A stretch of 64,000 nucleotides of DNA, taken from contig NC_045698.1 in NCBI RefSeq assembly GCF_009834535.1, positions 11,844,001 through 11,908,000 of the forward strand, read 5' to 3'. The position numbers and the translations under genes were made by a program. How positions within the stretch are numbered: position 1 is the stretch's first letter; each line of letters starts with the position of its first letter. This document shows, one piece after another, positions 49,987 to 63,323 of the stretch. This DNA is from Camelus ferus. Lineage: Eukaryota. The notes beneath the pieces were generated by a model. The model saw only the letters and a list, made by a program, of their open reading frames with translations, made no database searches and was not told the origin of the DNA.

Positions 49987-51131
49987 GGCTTTCTGAGGGC
50001 CTGCTGATCGCCTCCTGAATGCGGACTGTCCTCATCTTTCCTGCGCTCCACGGCCCAGTGGTCCTCCGCCACTCCCCAAGTTTCCGCTCACGTAGATGAA
50101 GTGTCCCTAGCGTGGAGTGTCCTCTCATCACCCTGATGCTCTCTGTGCCTCAGGGAGGCAGTCTGGCTTCTCCGTGGGTGGTGCTGGATCCAAGAACTGT
50201 TCTGCCGCTCCTTCTCCTCCGTCTCTCCCGGGGAGAGAGCCAGAGAGCTCGGGTTCCAATCTCCCCAGGCCCCACGGAGTGAGTAGTGGTACGAGTCTGC
50301 TCATTCTGAAGCTCTGAATTAGTCAGCTGGCTCACAGACATGAGCCACATTCTCCAAAATCATCTCATCAGTGCAGGTGGCGACACGCTGTCTCCACAGG
50401 TGGTCTCACTTTGTCTTATCTCTCAGGTTGTTCAAAAGCCAAGCTGGTTTATGAGGTCACCGCAGATACCTCAGCAGACAGAACTCGGGTCTGCTGGGTT
50501 CCAGAAGCTGCGCTCTTTACGCTTCGTTGCTCTGCTGCCGCTTTGTGTTTCCCTGTGGCTCCAAGACCATCTCTCCACTAGCAAATACGTATTTGTGGAG
50601 CGGACGCTGAATGGGAGGAAATGAACGAATGAAACACCATCCCAGCACGTTGTTTCCCATTGTGTGCCTTATTCTTCCAAATCGAGCAGAAGCGTCCTTC
50701 TGGTCTCAGGTGATGACTAGCCTTAAAGTAAGTGCTGGAATGTGTGCAAACTCAGCGGCTTCCTTTACCCTAAGAGCACGTATAGGAAGGGTCTGAGAAC
50801 ACAATGTGCTGCGACAGGGCAAGAATAGCCCTCAGAGCTGTATCACCTCACCCCAAGTTCATTAACTTCACTTAAATGAGAAATAAGTGTCTCTAGTGGA
50901 AAACTCAGAGGTGTCCACAGACCATCTGAATCCTACATCTTTGCTGACAGTGAGCAGAATACTTTTTTTCTTTGGCCACAATTCAAGGAAAGTAGTTTTA
51001 CCCCAGATACTTGATAAGCTCCTTGTATGCATGTTTGTATATTAAAAACCATATTTATAACCATTTTCCACGTACAAAGTTACATTGAGAAGCTAATATG
51101 GGAAAATTCATAAAGCGTAATGCGTGGTTCC

Positions 51132-51660
51132 TGTATCAGTTATCCATTGTTGGATTACCCCAAAATTTAGTGACTTAACACCACAATAGGTATTTATTAT
51201 CTCACACAGTTTCCATGGGTAAGGAACTTGTGGCTTAACTTGGAGGGGAGGGTATCATAGTCTAGAATCTCTGGGGTGGCGGTCAAGGTGGCAGCTGGAG
51301 CTCTAGTCATCTGAAGGTTTGACTGGGGCTGGAGGGTCTGCTTCCAAGATGGTGTGTGCAGACAACTAGGAGCAGCTAGGCCTCAGTTCTTCACCACAAG
51401 GACCCCTCCAGGTGGCTGCATAAGTGTCCTCAAGACAAACCACTCACTTCCCTCAGAGTGAATGTTCCCAGAACTGGAGGCTGTGACCAGACCACCACAT
51501 CTTTTGCGAGGTAGCCTCAGAAGTCACACACTGCCATTTCACGATATCATATTGGTTACACGGGTCATCCTATTTAATGTAGGAGGGGACTACAGAAGGG
51601 GTGCCTAACAAGGGAATCCCCATCCCAGCATGGGAAGCCGTTTGGATACTGGTTACCAAA
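51132..51660 (-). mobile_element. MaLR solo LTR (MLT1F-like)
   Basis: 'tgtatcagttatc...ccccaaaatttagtgactta...gactggggctggagggtctgcttccaagatgg'. Perfect 5-bp TSD GTTCC at 51127-51131 and 51661-51665. Confidence 0.85.
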
Positions 51661-52029
51661 GTTCCTATCACTTTCTGTAGTCTCATCGTGAAGAAGAACA
51701 AAGCTCATGAAAAGTAAATAAATCTGCCTGGTAGCCTTACATGAAAGGTCAGATAACAGTCTGCCTTTTCTGAACTTGGCGCATTACAAGCCACACTGGG
51801 AATGTCCAGGGTTTGGAAATCAACTAGATCCTCAGGAAGTGTTAACTCAAGAAGTCCTCATTCTCAGGCAACAGAGACTCAGAGAAAGGGTAACCATTTA
51901 GTCACTGAACAGAATTCATTGAACTCCTATTAAATACTAGGTACCAGGCTAGTTCTCTAGACCCTTAGATAAATGTGGAGCTCACACTGCAATGAGAAAT
52001 TCAAACATGTGAACATGTGGCACCCCTAC

Positions 52030-52900
52030 CTTCCAGTTGCTGTATTTTTCTTATCAGACAGTTCTATTTGGTTCTTTTCAGATCCACCTAGTCAATTTTC
52101 ATCTCTTGTTTCTTTATTGTATTTTCAATAATTTTTAATTAAAATATATCAAACACACCCACTTTAGATTCTGTTTCTGGTCATTTCACGTCTACTCACT
52201 TTGTAAGTCTAATTCTATGCTTTTTTTTTACTGCTCTCTTTTGTTTATGATGGCTTGTTTTGCTTATTTTTTTTTTTTTTTAAATTATGAACTCTGGTCC
52301 TTGGAAGTTTAGCTGCAGGAATTCTTTAGAACACAGTTTTAATTGTATTTCTCTTAAGAGTATTTGCATTTGCCTCTGCCAGCCTCATGGGGGCACTGCC
52401 AACCCAAGACTAATCTAAATTTTCTCTGAGCAAACGGGCAGGGGGAACTTGGTCCCAAACCCTAGTGATTGCAGGCTTGTGGTTAAAAATTTTAAGTGGA
52501 AATTTCCTCCAGTTCACTGAAAGCCAAGCTTGAGACAGGCTGTATCTCCAGGATGTGTCTCCAAGACTTTCATCAGCAGGGTAAGTTTCTTCTACTTGTC
52601 CACTTCAGGGGTGCTGAATTTATGCAGGAATTCTGACTAGACCTCCTTTCCCTATTTGGGGCAAAACCCAGGAAAGAGGCACCAAGTTTTACCCGATACC
52701 CCCGGGGGGATCTCTGCCTCCACTATCTTGCTCTTTTAGATTTGCACTTTCTCGAGGGGTCTACAAAAACCTTGGAAAGTTCTTTTACTTCCCCCGAGCT
52801 TCACCATGCGTTATAAAATATGTGAGAGGTTGAGTTTTTAATACAGCGTTTTCAGGTATGCTGTGCTGAGCAGGTATGAACATCTAGCCTGCCACTTTGC
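52030..52900 (-). mobile_element. Ancient L1-related fragment (HAL1-like)
   Basis: T-rich antisense ORF1-like sequence 'ttctatttggttcttttcagatccacctagtc' and 'atttgcatttgcctctgccag...gggcactgccaaccc'. Confidence 0.5.
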
Positions 52901-53492
52901 AGAACTTGCTGTAGTTTGTACCATGCCATAAGGAAGATCAGCCCTTTACTTATGACTTATGTTTGAGATGATCAGGCAAAAAAGAAGACGGTTGGAATAA
53001 AGGAGTTAAGGACACCAAGTTGTCATTTGTTTCACATGGTCGACCACAAAAAGACCTAAAGGAGATCCAGTGACAGTCAATAATTTTGTGTTATTTGGTA
53101 GCAATGAAGTGTCAAAGGCTATGACAGTTGCTCAGTGTCTTACACAAATGAACAATGACAACAAAGACAAAGCTGACCTAATTACTTCATTAGGTAAGGG
53201 AGAGTTACGCCAGACAGGCACAGAATTTCTGGGAAGAGTGAGGAACTGTTCTGATAGGAGGTGATATCTGTGTGGACTTCAGGGCTTGGCGGGGTTTCAG
53301 AAGCAGGAGTGGGGAGACCTCAGCTGGAGAGGCACAGTTACTCAGGATTCACTTTCAGAAGCCTGTTTATTGGAGTGTATCCAATAGTCCCTATTGGCTG
53401 ATCTTCCAAAGTGAAAGGCTAATGCTGACTACTTGGCTTGCAGAAGCACGTTCCCTGGGATGAGTCACTGGTTGATTAAATAGGTTTAAAAC

Positions 53493-53737
53493 TAGTTCTG
53501 ATGGCTCCACAGCTATAGAGTTGTCTCTCTCTCTCTCTTTTATTAATAAGCAGCTTCAAAATCTATTTTGTATCTGATGACACCTTTTTACCAACAGAAA
53601 AATTCCCATACTCTCAAGAAAAAGCTAATTATTCTGTAACTATGATAACAAGTAGCCTCCAAAATGGGTTTTGAAGCTGCTTATTAATAAAAGAGACAGA
53701 GAGAGACAACTCTATAGCTGCGGAGCCATCAGAACTA
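53493..53737. repeat. 69-bp inverted repeat (arms 53493-53561 and 53669-53737, 67/69 identical, 107-bp spacer)
   Basis: Reverse-complemented by hand; the arms have two mismatches. Confidence 0.95.
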
Positions 53738-54191
53738 TTCAGCCATAAAAAAACAACAACATAACACCATTTGCAGCAACATGGATGTCCCTGGAGAATG
53801 TCATTCTAAGTGAAGTAAGCCAGAAAGAGAAAGAAAAATACCATATGAGATCGCTCATATGTGGAATCTTAAAAAAAAAAAAAAGATCATAAATACAAAG
53901 CAGAAACAGACTCATAGACATAGAATACAAACTTGTGGTTGCCAAGGGGGCGGGGGGTGGGAAGGGACAGACTGGGAGTTCAAAATTTGTAGATACTGAC
54001 AGGCATATAAACAAGATTATACTGTATAGCACATGGAAGTATATACAAGATCTTGTGGAAGCTCATAGTGAAAAAAAAATGTGACAATGAATATATGTAT
54101 GTTCATGTATAACCGGAAAATTGTGCTCTGCACTGGAATTTGACACAACATTGTAAAATGACTCTAACTCAATAAAAGATGTTTAAAAAAA
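53738..54191 (+). mobile_element. Young 5'-truncated L1 3' end (camelid-type)
   Basis: 'ttcagccataaaaaa...ccatttgcagcaacatggatgtccctggagaatgtcattctaagtgaagtaagcc', AATAAA and an A tail. Confidence 0.92.
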
Positions 54192-54821
54192 GTGTCATCA
54201 AGTATAATGTGCAATAATTTGTAGAATCAAATCAACAAAATCTCTAAATTTTCAGATAGGACAAAAATCCTCAAATTAGGATTAACGCACCGAGAGCCTC
54301 AATTAACCACATATGCGTACATATGGACACCTTTGTTCTATGAGAAAGAGACAATGATAGGAAATGGTACATCCTTGGATTGATTCAGCCTCTCATATCT
54401 TCTGCAACAGCATCACTGCACAATTCAAGTAATACCCAGAAAATGTACCTTGTTCTCAAACCATAAAACAAAACCCTTAATCACAAAATACGGTTTTAGT
54501 CATTGTTGCAAGCCTAGGTGAAAACAGGAAAGGAGTCATGCAGCTTGGAAGACTTAACAAGGATAAAGTCAAAAATATTATGCTCAATATGTAATGAACT
54601 AGAAAAAAGTGAACTCAGACACTTAATTTCCTGATGATTTCAATTAACACTAATTGCAGAGAAATTAAGGTATATTGAGATCTTTCCAATTTGAGATCTG
54701 AAAGCACTTCTCTTGGCATGACGTTCCATCCAGTACACGACAGTGGTTCAGAGCACAGCCCCAGCGCCTGACTGCCCAGGCCGTGGCCTGGCACTGTCAG
54801 TGCCTCAGTTTGCCCATCTGC

Positions 54822-55207
54822 TGTTATGCGCTGAATTGCATCCCTCTAAAGTTTCCGTATTGATGTCCTAACCCTGGTACCTCCGAAAGTGACTGTATTT
54901 GGAAATGAAGTCTCTTCAGAAGTAATTGAAGTTAAATGAAGTCATCAAGGTGGGCCCTAATCCAACATGACTCGTGGTCCTCAGAAGAAGGGGAGATTAA
55001 GACACAGATGTGCAAGGAGGAAGACCATGTGTGAGTACAGCAAGGAGGCAGCCATCTACAAGCCAAGGAGAGGCCTCAGAAGAAATCAACCCAGCTGACT
55101 CACTGACCTTGGACTTCCAGACTCCAGAACTGTGAGAAAATGAAGTTCCATGGTTTAAGACCCCAGTCTGCAGTATTTTGTTACGGCAGCCCTGGGAAGT
55201 TAATACG
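54822..55207 (+). mobile_element. MaLR solo LTR (MLT1B-like) inserted in a MIR core
   Basis: 5-bp TSD TCTGC at 54817-54821 and 55208-55212. The flanks rejoin into the MIR 'cctcagtttgcccatctgctaacggg...gaggattaaa' (about 54735-55270). Confidence 0.9.
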
Positions 55208-55450
55208 TCTGCTAACGGGAGTAGTACTGAATCCATATCATAGGGTAGTTCTGAGGATTAAAGAAATTAGCAATGTCTTTTGTCAACTATTAAAATAATA
55301 AATGTAAGTAATAATAGTGACCATCATTTCCTGATCACTTACTCTATGCTCTAGCACTGAGACCAAAGCCTGGGAGTTGCTCAGTCAATGTACTTACTAT
55401 ATATTTAAGACTTCTTGGTGAGAACAGAATGTTATTCTGACAATAATTTT

Positions 55451-57175
55451 TTTAATTGAAGTACAGTCAATTACAAGGTATCAATTTCTGGTGTACAGCA
55501 CAATGTCCCAGTTAAGCATATACATACATATATTTGTTTTCACATTCTTTCTCATTAAAAGTTATAAGATATTGAATATAGTTGCCTATGACACAGAAGT
55601 TTGTTTTTTTAATCTATTTATATATAGTGGCTAACACTTGCAAATCTCAAACTCCCAAATTGTTCCCTTCCCACCCCCTTTCCCCTGGTAACCATAAGAT
55701 TGCTTACTATATGAGTCTGTTTCTGTTCATTAGTGTCCTCTTTTCTTTTTTTTAGAGTCCACGTATGAGTGATATCATATGGAATTTTTCTTTCTCTTTC
55801 TGGCTTACTTCACTTAGTATGACAATCTCTAGGTTCATCCATGTTGCTGCAAATGGCATTATTTTATTCTTTTTTATGTCTAAGTAGTAGTCCATTGAAC
55901 AAATGTACCACAGCTTCTTTATCCAGTCATCTGTTGATGGACATTTAGGTTGTTTCCATGTCTTGGCTATTGTATATAGTGCTGCTATGAACATTGGGGT
56001 GCATGTATCTTTTGGAATGAGTTCCCTCCAGATTTATGCTCAGGAGTGGGATTGCTGGATCAGATGGTAAGTCTATTTTTAGTCTTTTGAAGTATCTCTA
56101 TGCTGTTTTCCGTAATGGCTGCACCAAACTGCATTCCCACCAGCAGTGTAGGAGGGTTCCCTTTTCTCCACACCCTCTCCAGCATTTATCATTTGTAGAC
56201 TCTTGAATGATGGCCATTCTGACTGTTGTGAGGTACCCGATACTTCATTGTAGTTTTGATTTGCATTTCCCTGATAATTAGAAATACTGAGCATTTTTTC
56301 ATGTGCCTATTGGCCATTTGTATGTCTTCACTGGAGAATTGCTTGTTTAGGCCTTCTGGCCATTTTGGGGTTGGGTTGTTTGTTTTTTATTATTAAGTTG
56401 TGTGAGCTATTTACATATCCTGGAAATTAAACTTTTGTCAGTCACATCATTTGCAAATATTTTCTCCCATCCCGTAAATTGTCATTTTGTTTTGCTTATG
56501 GTTTCCTTTGCTGTGCAAAAGCTTACAAGTTTAATTAGGTCCCTAAAAATTTGTTAATTTTTGCTTTTATTTCTATTGCCTGGGTAGATTGCCTTATGAG
56601 AACATAGCTAATATTTATGTCAGAGGATGTTTTGCTTATGTTTTCTTCTAGGAGGTTTATGACGTCTTGTCTTATACTTAAGTCTTTAAGCCAGTTTGAG
56701 TTTATTTTTGTGTGTGGTGTAAGAGAGTGTTCTAACTTCATTGATTTATATGCTGCTATTCAGCTTTCCCAACACCACTTGCTGAAGAGACTGTCTTTTG
56801 TCCATTGTATATTCTTGCCTCCTTTGTCAAAGATTAATTGACCATAGATCTGAGGGTTTATTTCTGGGCTCTCTATTCTGGTCCATTGATCCATATTTCT
56901 GTTTTTATACCAATACTATGCTACTTTGATTACTGTAGCTCTGTAGTATTGTCTGAAGTCTGAGAGGGTTATTCTCCCAGCTTCATTCTTTTTCTTCAAT
57001 ATTTCTTTGGTAATTCTGGAACTTCCATGACTCCATGTAAATTTTAAGATTATTTATTCTAGTTCTGTGAAAAATGTCCTGGGTAATTTGATAGGAATCA
57101 CGTTAAATCTGTAGATTGCCTTGGGCAGTATGGCCATTTTAACAATATTGATTCTTCCAATCCAAGAGCATGGGA
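55451..57175 (-). mobile_element. L1, non-inverted 3' part (ORF2 C-terminal half, 3' UTR, polyA)
   Basis: Minus-strand peptides '[24 protein letters not shown]', 'LTPHTKINSNWLKDL' and '[29 protein letters not shown]' are L1 ORF2. Confidence 0.95.
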
Positions 57176-58361
57176 GAATACTACGAACAACTATATGGAA
57201 ACAAATAGGACAACCTAGAAGAAATGGACAAGTTTCTGGAAACATACAGTTCACCAGGACTGAATCAAGAAGAAACAGACCACTTGAACAAACCAGTCAC
57301 TAGAAATGAAATAGAATTAGCAATTTAAAAAACCTCCCTACAAACAAAAGTCCAGGACCAGATGGCTTCACTGGGGAATTCTACCAAATATACAAAGAAC
57401 TCATACCAATCCTTCTCAAACTCTTCCAAAAAATTGAAAAGGAAGGAGTACTCCCAAACTCATTCTATGAAGCCACCATCACCCTGATACCAAAACCAGA
57501 CAAATACACTACCAAAAAAGAAAATTACAGACCAATATCATTGATGAACATAGATGCAAAAATCCTCAATGAAATCTTAGCAAACAGAATCCAACAGCAC
57601 ATAAAAAAGATCATGCACCATGATCAAGTTGGGTTCATCCCAGGGACACAAGGATGGTTCAACATATGCAAATCAGTCAATGTAATATACCACATCAACA
57701 AGAGAAAGGACAAAGAAATCACATGATCATCTAAATAGAAGCAGAAAAGGCATTTGATAAAATTCAACACCCGTTTATGGTAAATACTCTAACCAACATG
57801 GGTATAAAAAGGAAACATATCTCGATATAATAAAAGCTATTCATGACAAACCCACAGACAGCATAATACTCAATGGTAAAAAAACTCAAAGCCTTCTCCC
57901 TAAAATCTGGAACAAGACAAGGATGCCCACTCTCACCACTTCTATTCAACATCGTCTTGGAAGTCTCAGACACAGCAATCAGGCAAGAAAAAGAAATGAA
58001 AGAGATCCGAATTGGAAGAGAAGCGGTAACATTGTCACTATATGCAGATGACATGACATTATACATAGAAAAGCCTAAAAGCTCCCACAAAAACTACTAG
58101 AGCTGATAAAAGAATTCAGCAAGGTCACAGGATACAAGATTAGCACACAGAAATCAGTTGCATTTCTTTTCACTAACGACGAAATAGCAGGAAAAGACAG
58201 TAAAGAAACAATCCCTTTTAAAATTTCATCTAAAACAATCAAACACTTAATAAATCTGACCAAGGAGGTGAAAGACACACACATAGAGAACTACAAAACA
58301 TCAGTAAAGGAAATTAAAGATGGCTTAAAGAAATGGAAATATCTCCCATTCTCTTGGATTG
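57176..58361 (+). mobile_element. L1, inverted 5' part of the same element (ORF2 reverse-transcriptase domain, frameshifted)
   Basis: '[34 protein letters not shown]', '[19 protein letters not shown]' and 'LYADDM' RT motifs. 13-bp TSD tgacaataatttt at 55438-55450 and 58360-58372. Confidence 0.95.
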
Positions 58362-61300
58362 ACAATAATTTTGGATTTGATTTTAAATATTAACTATGGA
58401 TGGGTCACCTTGTTTCTAAACTTGGAAGAGCGTATCCTCTGTAATGAGTGGCAACCATGTGCAGTTTTTGATCCATACATGGATAAACTGTAGTTTGAGG
58501 AGTGAAAATAATTCATTTAGCCTCATCCAGGGGAATTTATGTGTTTTGATGTGTCAGACAATAATTCACTGAATTAAATGAGATGATCAGTTTTGACCCC
58601 CACTCCCCCTCTCTAGATGCCCTAACCTTTTTGCTTAAAGTGGTAGGGAACTGGATATAAATTTTTAAGCGCTGTCAGAAGAGACTTACTGTTTCAACGG
58701 GAGGGAGAGACAGCTGGACTAAAAGCATGTTTGGGGAAGAGGCAAAAAAAGATGTAGGGAGAACAGCTAGTAAATTTGCCTGGAGGAGGCAGGGAGTGAA
58801 GACAAGAAGATGGATACCTTGAGCACCTGGCGGTGACTTGAGAAGTTAAGTGCAGGTTATGATATGATGATAAATGAGTATAGTTGGTAGAGTGATTTTA
58901 GCAACAATATGTAGGAATAACTGACAAGCAAATAGTCCTTAAGGTGATTCTAGAAAATCTGGAATCATCCTACAGTGATATTGAAGAGCTCACACAGCAA
59001 AGTGGCTTTGGAAGGGAATTCCCTCGGATCTCTCCCTCGGGTCCTGTAGGAAAACTACGTGCAATGGGATCCGGAAATCCATGGAAGTTGGCCTGAAACA
59101 GATGTGTGATCCTGGACAATCCTGGGCCAGAGAAGAATTATTAAGTAACATACAATATTACACATTAATGGGTGGAAAGGTAAATTTGGACTTCAGAGGA
59201 CTTCAGAAGCCCACCTTCTGTGTTTCAGGGATGTGCAGTCACTTGAAATAGAAGTCCCTGTGACTTTGCTTTAGTGACTATTTAAGAATCACATATAATT
59301 AGGACATAGGAAGTATTTATGTGGAACGAGTGATTTTAAATGTTTCTTTAATTTTAATGACTTGAAGTTTCATGTTGTTCGGTATCTTAGTCAAATACTT
59401 TGTGATTAATATGTGAAAATAACTTCAGCTCGGCTTCTTGACCAAATGATCATAAGTCCCATATTTACTGCACCAGGTAATTGGATTCTTGAACATCCTT
59501 TGTCTCATAGTCTGTCCCTGTAAGAAGAGTCTTACCCTCTTCCACCTCCATCCCCGCAAGAGGACCACTTACAAATTTTCAAGTTGTCTTCCAGGAATTA
59601 AACCAATTCCTTAGTCTGGGGGTTATTTTCTGTGCATTCTTGAGGTACAGTTTAGTTTAACTCAATATGTTAACTCCTTAGGCATATGCCAAACTTCCAT
59701 AAATTTTCCTAAGTGTCACAAAATTAAAAGACAAAAATAAACACAAAAATTTTCTCTTCCCTCCAGATTAGTTAATGTGCTATTCAACTGCCCCAGGTAA
59801 CATTTCCTGATATGAGGTATTTCAAGTATGTTAAGAGTCTAAAAATAATTTTTAATGGCCTTTCCTTCATCCTGCATTATGGAGTCATGGGGAGAAGGGG
59901 TAGGGGACAGAGTTTAATTGTTAATGAGGAATATTCTGAATAGTACAGTTTGGTTTTGTATACATATAATTACTAGCTGAGTGCTTTTTTGCAGATTTCT
60001 GAGGTGAACTCCTGAAAAGACAAGGTTTCTTTGCCAAACTGTTAATTAAGTGTACAACTGTCAAAGTAACTATCATTTTGATTTGTACATAAAACCTAAA
60101 TGATAAAGACATCACTCTAAAAAAAATGTCTTGGACTTATGGTTACATAAAGTATAAGCTTGATGATTTGCAGACTCTATTGATTAGATTAGCTGACTCA
60201 AACTTTTCAGATTCATCAAACCAGTTGTTTGACTAAGTCGACTGCCAATTCATTTTAGAAAATGAGTAAGTTAGCCCTGAATGTGGGACTTCAGTTGCTG
60301 CTCTGCATCCTGCCTTCACCTCCCAAGAACAGTACCCGTGGGCCAGTCATTCATCAGCAGTTACAATTTCTATTTGCATGCCTCCTGAGCCACCTCCCAC
60401 AGACCAGGTAAACCACATTTAATCAACAAAGGAACATTACGTTGTAATCAGGAGTTATGTCATAGCAGCTATGAGACACTGCAACCAGCAATTCAAGATG
60501 GGAATAAAAATGGAAAATAAGGAAGTAAAGGTATCAGTTTCCAGAAGGGTGAGAGAGGCCTCCCTGTTGTTTCTGCTCAGTGATGGAAATTGTTATTACC
60601 CAGATGGATATTAAGGAACAGCAAGAAAGTCAACCAGCATCACTACAAATTAATGCACACACTGACGGGGAATGTTGATTTGTTATCAGTGTAACTGCAC
60701 GAAAGTTATCAACATAATTTCCTCTGACAAGTGATTCATTCTAGAGGGGGAAAAAAAAACAAGCTAAGAAGCCTCTATAGTTCGTTATCAGGCATCTGCA
60801 AACTGTTTTTCCCTTCTCCCACCTAATCTGCAGGTATTGCAGGCTGGCTGGATAAAGTTAATGGTATTCATAGGGAAAGCTGTGATTTACTGAGACATAC
60901 GCTCTTGTATAAACACAGCAAGGTTCATTATCACTTATAGAAAGTGTCTCCAACAGGGTGACAACTCGTGTTATAAACAGTCTTTTCTAAAGGTCCAGAA
61001 ACAAAGGGAACTGGGCTGGGCATCTGAAAACACATTGAAGGCGGACCAGGGTGAATTAGTATATGCCGAGGAATTATCTCAGCTTCCTAATGGTGCTGAC
61101 ATTTATTTTTACTTAATCGCAGAGAATGACAACTGGGAGAGGAAGACAGTAAGTATAAAAGAATGAAATTTGCCAAATAGAGAGAATTCCACATCCTGAC
61201 CACTTTTAGCCGCTCTCAGGAAACGTTTGTGTCAGCACTTAGAGAGGAAAAGAGGGGAGGCACCACCTTCCTTCTGCTCTTTTGTTGATCCTTTTACTGG

Positions 61301-62029
61301 CTGTTTGGAGCCCAGACGAAGCCATGAGTCATTCCTGGTAGAAGGGAGGGGTTGGGGGGAGAGGAAATGGAAGCAGTCCTCTCTTATCTGTTTGTGATGG
61401 CTTTATTTGAAAAAGGCTAAATATAATTGAAGCTAATATTATTAGTGTACATCAACTCTCAGATTTTTTCAACGATCCATTTATTTGATCCATTCATTTT
61501 CATAAAAGCTTTAGCATGACTTTGATGCTGTTAACTTTCAAGTGGTCAGGAAGAAAAGGATTATTCCAGGGCAACAGCGGATTCTTGCTTGAAGATCCCT
61601 CCTGATCTCTGACATGGAGTCATTTTATTTTTCAGGGCAGTGCTAGGTACCAGCTAAGTGGGACTGAACGCTCCATTCTTAGAATCATGCCCCCACAACA
61701 ATGCCTACACTCAGAAACGCAGAGGAAGTGATTTGACAATTTAGAAAAGTTGTATCGCCAATCTACCAACAGTTAAACCTTTGTCTTAATTCAGGAAGCT
61801 TCTTACACTCTCTTTTTTCCCAGCCTTCCGGCATGTACACCACCCAGTGGTGATGACAGGTGTAATTGCATAGCACAGTGCCCTGTATATAGAGATGCTC
61901 AAGTGTTGCTAGCTGTTCTTCTTAAATGGTCAAAGCCTATGTCTCCCTAATGTGGCTAAATCATATGACTGACAGTTGATTGCTTTCGAGATCAGATCAG
62001 AACTAGGCCAAGTAAATGAGGAAACAGTT

Positions 62030-62290
62030 GACTGGCACCAGCGTGGTGAATACTGAAGAGTCCGTGGATTCAAACGAAACTTGAATACCAGTTTGGGCAC
62101 TTAATGTGACTTTGTTACAGTAGCTCCCTGAGTTTTTGTTCTGTCTTCTGTAAAACAAGGTAAATAATACATTGCAAGGCCTTTTTGAGGATTAAATTAA
62201 AATATACAAATCAAATATTGAAATTAAAATATAGAAGACCTCTAGTACAGTATCTGGCACATAGTAAGTACTCAAAAATATTTTTATTAT
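62030..62290 (+). mobile_element. MIR SINE
   Basis: 'ctgtaaaacaagg taaataatac...tgaggattaaatt...tctggcacatagtaagtactcaaaaata'. Confidence 0.65.
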
Positions 62291-62940
62291 TAATTTAAGG
62301 AAACACATATTTTGCTAACAAAATAATTAAAAAGAAAGAGCAACAGTGATGTGTGTCACAGGAACTTCTTTTCTTGAAGGCAGCAGGTGGTAGGAACCTC
62401 CAGTAGAGCAACTAGATTTCATGCAAATAAATGTGTTCTGCCAACTTCACTATCTGAACAGAGTAGAAAAGAGAGGAAGATGGCCATCTGTTCGAGAAAG
62501 GGGGAAAGGAAGGGATTTATAAGTGTCCAAATGTGTTCTCAAATAAACCATGTGCTCAGAGCAGGTCAAACGTATGTAGGTTGTCTACAAGGGCCCCTCT
62601 GAGTCCGGGTGCAGATCTTTAGAGATGAAATCATGCCCTCTAACTGTCTTGGTTAAATCACTTTTTCCTTGGCTCCAGACACAAGTGAAAACAAGCTAAT
62701 GAGAACTTGAATTCCAAGAGCCTGCTCTATCATAAACATATTTTCCAAATGGCTAGAAAATCTGCAAAATTTCTAACCATGTTTTCACATCAGAATTTCA
62801 TCACCACAAGACTGATGATTCAAACGGACATGTGACCCAATCTGTAATCTGATACCAATTTAGTCACAGGGTCACCTTTATATACAGAGTAGACACCCCT
62901 TTCCTAATTCAGCAACATAACCACAAAAATGAATATTTGA

Positions 62941-63280
62941 CCTCACATGGGTCAAAATAGCCATTATTAAAAAGCCGACAAATGATAAATGCTGGAAAGG
63001 TTGTGGAGAAAAGAGAACCCTCCTACACTGTTGATGGGAATTAGTTTGGTGCAACCACTATGGAAAATAGTTGGAGATTCTTTTAAAAACTGAATACAGA
63101 GTTACCATATGACCCAACAATCCCAATCCTGGGCATGTATCCAGAGAAAACTCTAATTTGAAAAGATACATGTACCACAGTGTTCATAGCAAAACTATTT
63201 ACAACAGCCAAGACATGTAAGCGAGAGATGACTGGATAAAGAAGATGTGAGATAGATACATAGACAGATAAAGATGGATG

Positions 63281-63323
<43 letters not shown>

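Noticed and set aside
53180..53492. Possible ERV LTR hosting the inverted repeat
   Set aside because: It has an LTR-like appearance, but I could not define termini, a TSD or a family.
4128..61331. Scattered AP-1 heptamers (TGAGTCA/TGACTCA)
   Set aside because: About ten seen, close to random expectation for a 7-mer on two strands, and not clustered.
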